A DNA stretch of 64,000 bases, taken from Scyliorhinus canicula. Its lineage: Eukaryota. The stretch is from positions 92,139,030 through 92,203,029 of the forward strand of contig NC_052154.1 of the NCBI RefSeq assembly GCF_902713615.1, read 5' to 3'. Below the pieces are notes generated by a model that saw nothing but the letters and a program-made list of their open reading frames with translations, was not told the origin of the DNA and searched no databases. The translations under genes and the position numbers were made by a program. This document shows positions 25,850 through 36,664 of the stretch, piece after piece (the stretch's first letter is position 1; every line of letters begins with the position of its first letter).

Positions 25850-26850
25850 TCCAATCAAAACTCCATTAGACCGAGCTTTGTACGATGTCTTAGTTGCACA
25901 CCAGGTTCCCAACGTTCAAACAGGGATTTAAGAAACATGGCTGCAGCAATCATGGACGCACTAGCCCATGCACCACTAATATACCAAATACTGGGAATAC
26001 ATGTGAAAGTCCTACTTTCCTCACACTGGAACCATGGGAGTTGAAACCGATGGACCCGAAATTAGCACCAAAGAGCATGACAGATAGACTGTTTTTAAGC
26101 ACTCCACTTAGCACCCATTCACTGCAGCCAGGAAGATGGCTCACAGAAGATCAACAATCGGCTTCTAGAGTCCTAGGTGGATGCACAGCTCCATACCAGT
26201 GAGGAGATGAGGAGATACCTGCTTCAACAAGGTGGATCACGCAAAGCGATCCATCTAGCCTCTGAAACAATATTCAGATCCCTAGCTTCCACATCAAGCT
26301 GGAATTGTTGCTTAAACAGTCTCCAATTAAGATTAAGGTTATTGGTTGTCTTCAAATGTCTGGGAGCCTGCACTTGATCCATCGAAAATCGATCCGGAGT
26401 TGAGCATTCAGTTTCTGTGATGACTTCGCCAGTCGAATATTCGTTATCGGAACTTTATCTTCTTTGTTTGAATTTAGTTCCTAGTCTTTCTTAAAGCTTG
26501 TTGAATCTGATACAATGTTACATTATGATGTTGTAATATAAATATTACTCTTTTTGTCTAGCCGAGTTGTTGAAATATCGATGTAGTCTTCTCGTGATGA
26601 TAAACTAATTTAATGAGTGATACAAAATAATCTCGTGAGTTCTTCTTACTTAATGCTAAACCAGTGAATAACTGGAGACTAAACTATTAAATAAGATAAA
26701 GATAAGTACTGATATCTATGAACTTCTCCTCTCTGCCTCTGTACTCTCTGCACTCCAGACACACACTCCTCTAGGAAAGAGCGGGAAAACATTTATATAG
26801 GTCCTGATAGTGTGGCCATCTCGTGTTCAGTTGCCTATACTAGGTTAACA
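25850..26850 (-). mobile_element. Gypsy LTR retrotransposon 5' end: LTR (26516-26850), PBS-like site and gag start
   Basis: Minus strand TGTTAA...TAACA LTR, followed by ttgtatcaga (one mismatch to a TGGTATCAGA tRNA-Met PBS). ATG at 26382 gives MDQVQAPRHLKTTNNLNLNWRLFKQQFQL, a Gypsy gag-like N-terminus. Confidence 0.6.
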
Positions 26851-29800
26851 TAGTCTGATCATGTATTACTACATATATCAATCACTGCATTCATATGATC
26901 AAAAGGTACTTTGATTTGGTAGGAAAGAAGAAGAATGTGATAGTCATCATAACTCAAAGAGAAGCGGTAAATACAAATGATTTTGAATTTGACATTCCTA
27001 AAATTAGATTGAACAATGAGGAAGTACTGAGCATTTTGTATAAAATACTGGGCTACCTTCCGGGGGAAACTCAAAGTGACTTAAATAGTTATTACAGTCA
27101 GATATGTGGGAACAAACGAGGAAGCACAAAAGTAATTATGCATGGTGTAGATGCATGGCATACTATTCCAATTAAGACACATCCAGAGACTCAATCCACT
27201 AAACATAAGAACATAAGAACATAAGAATTAGGAGCAGGAGTAGGCCATCTGGCCCCTCGAGCCTGCTCCGCCATTCAATTATATCATGGCTGATCTTTTG
27301 TGGACTCAGCTCCACTTTCCGGCCTGAACACCATAACCCTTAATCCCTTCATTCTTCAAAAACTATCTATCTTTACCATAAAAACATGTAATGAAGGAGC
27401 CTCAACTGCTTCACTGGGCAAGGAATTCCATAGATTCACAACCCTTTGGGTGAAGAAGTTCCTCCTAAACTCAGACCAAAATCTACTTCCCCTTATTTTA
27501 AGGCTATGTCCACTAGTTCTGCTGTCACCCGCCAGTGGAAACAACCTGCCCGCATCTATCCCATCTATTCCCTTCATAATTTTAAATGTTTCTATAAGAT
27601 CCCCCCTCATCCTTCTAAATTCCAATGAGTACAGTCCCAGTCTACTCAACCTCTCCTCATAATCCAACCCCTTCAGCTCTGGGATTAACCTAGTGAATCT
27701 CCTCTGCACACCCTCCAGCGCCAGTACGTTCTTTCTCAAGTAAGGAGACCAAAACTGAACACAATATTCCAGGTGTGGCCTCACTAACACCTTATACAAT
27801 TGCAACATAACCTCCCTAGTCTTAAACTCCATCCCTCTAGCAATGAAGGACAAATTCCATTTGCCTTCTTAATCACCTGTTGCACTTGTAATCCAACCTT
27901 CTGTGACTCATGCACTAGCACACCCAAGTCTCTCTGAACAGCGGCATGCTTTAATATTTTATCGTTTAAATAATAATCCCGTTTGCTGTTATTCCTACCA
28001 AAATGGATAACCTCACATTTTTCAACATTGTATTCCATCTGCCAGACCCTAGCCCATTCACTTAACCTATCCAAATCCCTCTGCAGACTTCCAGTATCCT
28101 CTGCACTTTTCGCTTTACCACTCATCTTAGTGTCATCTGCAAACTTGGACACATTGCCCTTGGTCCCCAATTCCAAATCATCTATGTAAATTGCGAACAA
28201 TTGTGGGCCCAACACGGATCCCTGAGGGACACCACTAGCTACTGATTGCCAACCAGAGAAACACCCATTAATCCCAACTCTTTGCTTTCTATTAATTAAC
28301 CAATCCTCTATCCATGCTACTACTTTACCCTTAATGCCATGCATCTTTATCTTATGCAGCAACCTTTCGTGTGGCACTTTGTCAAAGGCTTTCTGGAAAT
28401 CCAGATATACCACATCCATCGGCTCCCCGTTATCTACTGCACTGGTAATGTCCTCAAAAAATTCCACTAAATTAGTTAGGCATGACCTGCCCTTTACGAA
28501 CCCATGCTGCGTATGCCCAATGGGACAGTTTCTATCCAGATGCCTCGCAATTTCTTCCTTGATGATAGATTCCAGCATCTTCCCTAATACTGAAGTTAAG
28601 CTCACTGGCCTATAATTTCCTGATTTCTGCATACCTCCTTTTTTAAACAGTAGCGTCACGTTTGCTAATTTCCAATCCACCGGGACCACCCCACAGTCTA
28701 GTGAATTTCGGTAAATTATCACTAGTGCATCTGCAATTTCCCTAGCCATCTCTTTTAGCACTCTGGGATGCATTCCATCAGGGCCAGGAGACTTGTCTAC
28801 CTTTAGCCCCATTAGCTTGCCCATCACTACCTCCTTAGTGATAACAATCCTCTCAAGGTCCTCACCTGCCATAGCCTCATTTCTATCAGTCGCTGGCATG
28901 TTATTTGTGTCTTCCACTGTGAAGACTGACCCAAAAAACCTGTTCAGTTCCTCAGCCATTTCTTCATTTCCCATTATTATAACTCCCTTCTCATCCTCTA
29001 AAGGACCAATATTTACCTTAGCCACTCTTTTTTGTTTTATATATTTGTAAAAACTTTTACTGTCTGTTTTTATATTCTGAGCAAGTTTACTCTCATACTC
29101 TACCTTACTCTTCTTTATAGCTTTTTTAGTAGCTTTCTGTTGCCCCCTAAAGATTTCCCAGTCCTCTAATCTCCCAGCAATCTTTGCCACTTTATATGCT
29201 TTTTCCTTCAATTTGATACTCTCCCTTATTTCCTTAGATATCCACGGTCGATTTTCCCTCTTTCTACCGTCTTTCCTTTTTGTTGGTATAAACCATTGCT
29301 GAGCACTGTGAAAAATCGCTTGGAAGGTTCTCCACTGTTCCTCAACTGTTCCACCATAAAGTCTTAGCTCCCAGTCTACCTTAGCTAGTTCTTCTCTCAT
29401 CCCCTTGTACTCTCCTTTGTTTAAACACAAAACACTAGTATTTGATTTTACTTTCTCACCCTCCATCAGTATTTTAAATTCCACCATATTGTGATCGCTC
29501 CTTCTGAAAGGATCCCTAACTATGAGATCATGAATCAATCCTGTCTCATTACACAGAACAAGATCTAGGACCGCTTGTTCCCTCGTAGGTTCCATTACAT
29601 ACTGTTCTAGGAAACTATCGCGGATACATTCTATAAACTCATCCTCAATGTTGCCTTGACCGACCTGGTTAAACCAATCGACATGTAGATTAAAATCCCC
29701 CATGATAACTGCTGTACCATTTCTACAAGCATCAGTTATTTCTTTGTTTATTGCCTGCCCCACCATAACGTTACTATTTGGTGGCCAATAGACTACTCCT

Positions 29801-32300
29801 ATCAGTGACTTTTTCGCCTTACTATTCCTGATTTCCACCCAAATGGATTCAACCTTATCCTCCATAGCACCGATGTCATCCCTTACTATTGCCCGGATGT
29901 CATCCTTAAATAACAGAGCAGCACCACCTCCCTTACCATCCACTCTGTCCTTCCGAATAGTTTGATACCCTCGGATATTTAACTCCCAGTCGTGACCATC
30001 CTTTACCCATGGTTCAGTAATGGCCACTAAATCATAGTAATTTACCATGATTTGTGTCATCAACTCATTTACTTTATTCCGAATACTACGAGCATTCAGG
30101 TAAAGTACACTTATGTTGGTTTTTTTAACCTCTGTTTTGAATCTTAACATCTCCAGTTTTATTCCTTTTGTTATTACTGGGCCTATTCACTGAGCTCCCC
30201 TCAGTCACTGAATCACTGAATATTGAAATAAGTTGCAGTGATTGGAGCTTACCAATTGTGATGGTGCCAAAACAAGATGGAACAAAACGATTATGTGTGG
30301 ATAAGATGAAAGTGAGTGCAATTACGACGTCAGATTCATATCCTCGTTTGGAATGATGTAATGGATTCATATCCTCGTTTGGAATGATGTAATGGAATTG
30401 CGGAATTGTTAGATCTACTACACGAGGTTAGCTTCATGATAAACGTGGATAAAAGTGAGGTTTTGAAAGCCCAAGTTACATTCTTAGGCTGTACTGTTCG
30501 GCATGGTCAGATGTCCCCACGGAATTTGAAAATGAAAGCTACTGGGGAGTTTCCAATATAATCAACGAGAAGAGCTGTTCTGAGATTTCGGGAGGAGCTG
30601 CTTCTATAATAAAATCGTGCCAAGTTTCAACGGTTTGCTCGGCTCATTGGCTGAAATTTTGTGAAAAAGCTGAAATTTCATTGGACATAAGAATGTCAGG
30701 TGCCAATTGACCACCTACAAACTGTTAACCACCGCATTTGTTTGGGAAAGCAATTTAAGGTGTTCATTGATGCGAATGGTGTGGTTTTCTTTTCGGTAAA
30801 ATTATAAGAAAACGACAAAAGAATAGAAAGAATTTTTGATTATTTTTTCCCAGAATACCAAATGCTTATCAAAAAAAATATTAGACCATCGAGATAGAGC
30901 CATTCAGTTTTCTATTAACGTTGTAACATTCTGACTTTTATATCAGTTGCAGTACAGATTATTAAACACCTGAATCAATTAACGTATTTGATAAAGCCAG
31001 GTCTGTCTGCAGTTTTGCCTCTGCTCAGAGTTTTTAATGTTGAACGGCAGTTTTGTCAAATGCTGTCAGGTTGAGCAGGAGATTTTGATAAGAGAAAATT
31101 ACTTTCGCCAAAAAGTCACGAAAGCAGGGAAACATGTTCCATAAAGTTTAGTGCCATTTGAACTGTTTTGTGTTGATTCATTTAAATATTTACAGTAAGC
31201 GTGTAAGGCATAAATTTAAGTGTATCCGTATGTTTAGGAACTGTTTAACTGATAATTGTGCTTGGATACTATTGGAAAACGTTTGTCTGTTTGGTGTTTC
31301 CTTTTTAAATCCTGATTTGGCTGCCTGTAACTACAATCTTCTTGCTAGCTGCTGCAAACTTAGTACATCCTGGTCTGGTGGACTAGCTAGAACTTTAGGT
31401 TATGTGACAGTGCCTATGGTGCAGTTTGATAGACTTAGCAAGCAGCCAATCGGTGAGTGTGAAATTGTGACCTATCCCTTATTGTTGCTTGCGTTTGGTG
31501 GAGCCATTCAGGATCTGCCTGAAAAAAGGTGGGTCATATGAAATGTTCAATTTGGTCCTGAGTTCTCTGAAGAGATTCAGTCAGGAAGAAGCTGGAAGGC
31601 ACTTTCTCTCTCTTTCTGCCAGGCGATTTAAAAAGGTTGCTGGTCAGACCTGTGGAGGCACTGCTGTTTAAAAGACAGACTGCAGCCAGAAGTGTGAAGG
31701 GATCGTCTGGAATGGACGATTTCAAACAGTTTATCGCCAGGTGTGTGATTATTTAATCCTCTGTCTGAATGGCTTGGCACAACCCAAACCAAGACCCTCT
31801 TCAGCAGAGCGATCAGGTTAATGGAAAACACTGTAAGGTTCTCACGTTTAAAGTTCCAGCAATATCTGAGAGAGATGAAGGCTTCATTTGATTGTCAAAG
31901 GTCAGAATTGCACCGACATGAGTCTTTTGTCTGAACCAATTTCCCAGATTGTCACGTTCGGAGGAAGATGGGCGCCTACATAGGCCTCAACAGCAGCAGC
32001 AAATATTAATCACACACCTTTTCCTTCAATTCCCATTGTTTTAATTAGTCCCTCCAGGTGTCTGTCTTGTATACATGTGTGTCTGGGTGGAGGGTGGGAC
32101 ACAGTTTTGGGAAAAGGTAGATTTGTTTCTCAAAGTTCCAATCATTTCCTTTATATGTTCACCTTCTCCTCATGTTATAAACAGTTTGTTGGGGATTTAC
32201 ATGTAAATCGGGAACAGTCAAGGGTTCAAGATCTTTGAAAAATATAGGAATGATTGGTTAATTAACTTGTGTTGGGACTGTGGAGTCTATGGGGCTGTAA
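26851..32300 (+). mobile_element. Degenerate Gmr1-like Gypsy element split by a CR1 (IN end and linker 26851-27200; RT/RH 30209-31000; probable 3' LTR about 31050-32300)
   Basis: HCIHMIKRYF...FDIPKIRLNNEEVL...HGVDAWHTIPIKTHP precedes WSLPIVMVPKQDGTKRLCVD...DSYPRLE and DKSEVLKAQVTFLG. LTR limits are inferred. Confidence 0.65.
27202..30208 (-). mobile_element. Young 5'-truncated CR1 LINE with nearly intact ORF2
   Basis: 788-aa ORF (EN: NARS, GDFN, SDH; RT: QGSVLGP, FADD), continued in the 27356-27853 frame after one 1-bp deletion. Tail (TTCTTATG)n. Confidence 0.96.
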
Positions 32301-32319
32301 CTGACAGTGCACTCGCCAA

Positions 32320-32797
32320 TGGAGAAAAAACCTTCTGCCCTTACTCAGTCAGTATCCCTTTATTTCCTCTTTATTCATGTATCCATTCAGATGCCTCTTA
32401 AATGTTGCTATTGTGCCTGCTTCCAACACATCCTCTGGTAGCACGTTCCAGGTAGCCACCACTCTCTGTGTGAAACATTTAGCTTGCACATCGCCCTTAA
32501 CCGTTCCCCCGTTCACCTTGAACCCATGCCCCTTAAAATTGACACTTCAACCTTGGAAAAAGCCTCTGACTATCCACATTGTGTACACATCTCATACGTT
32601 TGTAGACCTCTACCATGTCTACCCCCAGCCTCCGTCTTTCCAGTGAAAACAATTCTAGTTTATTCAACCACTCCTCATAGCCAACACCCTCGAGACCAGG
32701 CAACATCTTGGTGAAACTTCTTTGCACTCACTCCTAAGCTTCCACAACCTTCTGATAATGTGATGGCCAGAACTGCACGAAATACTTCAAATGTGGC
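32320..32797 (-). mobile_element. CR1 3' fragment, host site of the ERV (continues at 39717-39785)
   Basis: FTKMLPGLEGVGYEEWLNKLELFSLERRRL. The sequence resumes after the 3' LTR as ...gatgaaagcaagcatgccatat. Confidence 0.8.
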
Positions 32798-33743
32798 TGT
32801 AGAAGTGGATTTCATTTGGAACTTCGCTGATAGGGTTAATATAACAGTTCTGAAAAGCTCTGTGAAAGAGATGTCAACAGGTCAAGGGATGAAATAAAGG
32901 GAGTGTGTCTGACCGGCATCTGTAAAAGCAAAGATGTCAGAAGGTTATGGGATGGAATATAGGGAGTGTAGCTTGGCTCCACTTTTTTTTTTTTTTTTTT
33001 TATAAATTTAGATTACCCAATTATTTTTTCCAATTAAGGGGCAATTTAGCGTGGCCAATCCACCTATTCTGCACATTTTTGGGTTGTGGGGGCGAAACCC
33101 ACGCAGACACGGGGAGAACGTGCAAACTCCACACGGACAGTGACCCAGAGCCGGGATCGAACCTGGGACCTCAGCGCCGTGAGGCGGTTGTGCTAACCAC
33201 TAGGCCACCGTGCTGCCCAGCTTGGCTCCACTTAATGGCCTGACCCGCATCTGTGAAAGCAGAGAGGTCAAAAAGGCAAAGAATGGAATGAATGGGAACC
33301 GTTACTTTATTGCAGAGATAACGTAATTAAGCTCGTTTGACCAGTTGGAACAAATAAACATTGAAATGTAAAAGGAAGGGCCTTGGAATGAGATAAGCCA
33401 GATGGCCATGGGATACAAAAACCTTTGTATTAATATTGATAGTGACTTGTGCTAATGATTATGTCAAAAATAACCTCCCGACCTCGAAGAATAATTCCAT
33501 ATATGTACATGTTCTGGATCCTTGCCAAATCATAGGTGTATCTAGGAATTTAAGGGGACCACCCCTAAGCTGTAAGATGTATAAGAATACCGTCCTTATT
33601 CTGGGATTTTGGCACTTCTCGAAGGTGGTTACCCGACTGCTTAGAGATTTGCCCCGGCCGTAAATAAATGAATATTCGTTACTGACGTGTTCGAGTGTTT
33701 TACTTCTGGACTGACGATCAGATACGTGAAAGCGCAATTCACA
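32798..33743 (+). repeat. ERV 5' LTR (697 bp plus SINE insertion)
   Basis: TGTAGAAG...AATTCACA. TATA-like TATAAG at 33580-33585 and AATAAA at 33663-33668. Six substitutions seen relative to the 3' LTR. Confidence 0.96.
32985..33218 (-). mobile_element. Full-length SINE inserted in the 5' LTR, with poly(A) tail and 15-bp TSD
   Basis: TSD agcttggctccactt at 32970-32984 and 33219-33233. Absent from both 3' LTR copies. Confidence 0.95.
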
Positions 33744-33745
33744 TT

Positions 33746-33763
33746 TGGTGGCCCGTACGGGGA
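33746..33763 (+). promoter_or_regulatory. Primer binding site complementary to tRNA-Ile(AAU)
   Basis: TGGTGGCCCGTACGGGGA, 2 nt after the LTR, is the reverse complement of the vertebrate tRNA-Ile 3' end (...UCCCCGUACGGGCCACCA). Confidence 0.9.
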
Positions 33764-33968
33764 TCTCCAGAGGGGTCTGCGCAACTAACCGGCGTAATCG
33801 ACTGAGCTCGTTCAAAGTAGAGGACGAATTTGGCCCCCAACGTGAGTAAAAATTTGTTTTCCACCTTGGTATTCGCCTACTACCAGTTTGATCGTTGCTC
33901 AGCCTTGCCGTTGGTTTGTCGAGAAGCCTCTGCGAGATCCAGGTCAGTCCAGCGAACCCGTTTTAAAG

Positions 33969-33977
33969 AGGGTAAGT
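33969..33977 (+). promoter_or_regulatory. Candidate major splice donor of the ERV
   Basis: AGG|GTAAGT in the leader. A second candidate, C|GTGAGT, lies near 33842. Confidence 0.55.
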
Positions 33978-34004
33978 GAGTGAACCCTGCGGTTATCGTC
34001 TCTA

Positions 34005-34510
34005 GGGGCAGCCTGGGACTGCCGCCGTGATTCCAGGCAGCGTTCGCTGGAGTTACGGGCGGGGTTGCCAGGACTGCTAGGGGCAGCCTGAGGAGCCGCC
34101 GTGATTCCAGGCAGCGTTCGCTGGAGTTACGGGCGGGGTTCTCAGGATTGCTAGGGGACGGTTAACGGGCTGTGGGCAGCCTGGGACTGCCGCCGTGATT
34201 CCAGGCAGCGTTCGCTGGAGTTACGGGCGGGGTTGCCAGGACTGCTAGGGGCAGCCTGAGGAGCCGCCGTGATTCCAGGCAGCGTTCGCTGGAGTTACGG
34301 GCGGGGTTCTCAGGATTGCTAGGGGACGGTTAACGGGCTGTGGGCTCCGGACGGGACTGCCGCCGTGATTCCAGGCAGCGTTCGCTAGAGTTAAGGGCGG
34401 GGTTCTCAGGACTGCTAGGGGACGATTCCGGGCTGTGGGCTCCGGACGGGACTGCCGCCGTGATTCCAGGCAGCGTTCTCTGGAAGTTACGGGCGGGGTT
34501 CTCGGAGCCT
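34005..34510 (+). repeat. Six GC-rich tandem units in the ERV leader, with 168-bp higher-order duplication
   Basis: Core gccgccgtgattccaggcagcgttcgctggagttacgggcggggtt occurs six times. Units 1+2 recur as 3+4 at an offset of 168 bp. Confidence 0.9.
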
Positions 34511-34696
34511 ATCCCCCGGTATAACCCATACCTTCACCGAAGCATTTTACCTACTTACCCCTTAATAGCATTGGTGTCCTGGGTCCTGTGTTATTAAGGA
34601 AGTGAAGTAAGCTAATAACCACTTAAAATCTGGTCTTCTTGAGTTGTATTAGCTGTTTAAACTCGGCTGCTTTCCTTGTCTTTCTCCAGCAGGCTG

Positions 34697-34697
34697 C

Positions 34698-34736
<39 letters not shown>

Positions 34737-34770
34737 GTTGCTGTTGCAGAGTGCTGCTGCTGCTTCTGCT
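34697..34770. repeat. (TC)n microsatellite followed by CTG-rich repeats
   Basis: Direct reading of the sequence. Confidence 0.9.
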
Positions 34771-35499
34771 CCCTGGGTTTATATTCTCTTTCGAAGAGTT
34801 ATTAAGTTTTAACGACTGTATTGTATATGGGCTTGTTTCACTTTGATAGTTTAAAAGTATCTTTGATGTAAACATCTTACTACAACTCGTTATTCATTTT
34901 GGGCATATCGTCTCCTCTCAGATCTGATTTTTAAAAATGCTTTCGTTTCAATAGTTAACTTTTATTTCTGTGATTTCAAATCGTTTAATTTTCCAATTGT
35001 CCCCAGTTCATAACTTTGCCTTTGATTTTGACTTAAATGATGTTTCTCGTAGCCAGGTCATCTCCAATTTTCTTTTAATTAACTTGATGTTCGTAGAATT
35101 TTACCCCTTAAATTGACACTAAATTCGACTGAGCATCTTCCATTCTTTCCAGCTGTTTACTAAGAGAGTTTATTTCAATTAAGGTGTGAAACTTTGCTCT
35201 TAGCTGTATGCTAAAATTTAACTTGGTTGTGACTTGAAAGACTTGCCTGTTTTAAACATTCGTCCCTTAATGCAATTGAAACTCTCATCCATGCTTTTTC
35301 AGATGCTTTCTGAGATAGTTACATTCCATGATGGTGTGAGCCATTGTTTCTGCTGAAACCTGCTTGTGCGCAAGAATCTGCATTTTGTAACCCTGCTCTT
35401 TGCAGCTGCTATTAACCTTTTGTGCGATCTTTCCCTGTACCCTCTCAAACCAGATATTGCCAGGCTTTCATGTTTCAAATGACACATTTTTCTGTATTA

Positions 35500-35881
35500 T
35501 CAAGAACCCACCGCAAAGAAATTAATTGCCTTGTGGAGGGAATACTGTCAGTTAGTGAAAGATGCATCTATACTGGCTAGCTGGCAGGAAAATGCCTCAA
35601 AATTGGGTATTGGCCTCACTAAAGGGGGAATTGTTAAAACAGTAGAGGTCTTAAAAAGGGAATGTAAAGAATATAAGAAACGTAAGAATGCTAATCCTAC
35701 TCCGGCGCCGGTCAGCAATGTGAAGCAAGGTTGGGAGGAGGGGGACGATGGGGATGAGGAACATCTGTTCAATTGCGGGGGACGTCAAAAGCCCCCACAG
35801 CCTCCACAGCCTCCACAGTCCCCACAGCCCCCACAGCCACCTCCGCCACCGCCCCTGGAATGTGATCAGTATTATGAGTAA
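35500..35881 (+). pseudogene. gag-position ORF remnant with proline-rich segment
   Basis: EPTAKKLIALWREYC...PPQPPQPPQSPQPPQPPPPPP. It lies between the leader and pol, with no capsid or zinc-knuckle region. The call rests mainly on position. Confidence 0.45.
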
Positions 35882-36022
35882 CTCAGTATGTTCAGAACTA
35901 CATTGGTCTCAGAATAAACAGATAAAGAATTTGTGCTGGGCAGTTTCGAAACTGCTGCGTTGAAATTGACACTGCATGGCTCCGCAGGGTCCTAGTGCCC
36001 GCTCAACACAAACAGTCACTAG

Positions 36023-36664
36023 CAGAACCGCCTCAAGGAGGCACTCCTCCAGGCCCCTGCCCTTGGTCGACCCTTATATGATCGCCCTTTTCAGCTCTAT
36101 TGCACAGTCCTTGCCGACTGCGCCACAGCTGTCCTGACCCAACGCCACGGCGACCGCTGTCGCCCGGTTGCATACTACTCCTCTAAACTCGATCCGGTAG
36201 CCCTTGGCTATCCTATCTGTACCCAAATTCTTGCAGCTATCTACAACAGCCTGCAATCGGCTGCTAATATTACCCTCCAACAAGATATCACTGTCTATAG
36301 TTCCCATTCTGTTACGGCCCTTTTGGGACAGCTACAGACTCAGCATCTCACGATGGCTCGTCAGAACAAATATGAGATTGCTCTCCTTAATAACTCGAAG
36401 GTCCAGTTTGCCCACTGCACCACTATCAACCCTGCTGACTTTTTGACGCATCCTCCCATAGACATGCTCGACCCAACTCATGACTGTCTGCAACTGTTGC
36501 AGGAAGTCTCCTCGGTTCGAGACGACCTCTCCGATATACCCCTCCCAAGTGCAGATTGTTCCTTTTTCACCGATGGAAGTTCTTCCGTCGGCGAAAGGGG
36601 GGATAGACAATCTGGCTATGCAATCATCGATCAAGACGGTGATGGAAAAACAGAGGATTTCTAA
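36023..36664 (+). pseudogene. pol: pol remnant: RT connection domain and start of RNase H
   Basis: LKEALLQAPALG...RPVAYYSSKLDPVALG...INPADFL...FFTDGSS. The polymerase domain (YxDD) is absent. Confidence 0.88.

Noticed and set aside
27983-29050. Recurrent antisense ORFs over CR1 copies (also 10201-11517 and 48505-49308)
   Set aside because: Shadow frames of CR1 ORF2 that recur only because the LINE is repeated.
33436-33815. ORFs in the LTRs as accessory viral genes
   Set aside because: Short frames of 75-118 aa overlap TATA, R and U5 on both strands with no recognisable motif. Their recurrence reflects LTR identity.
34005-34510. CRISPR-like repeat array
   Set aside because: The units are contiguous with no unique spacers and sit in a eukaryotic proviral leader.
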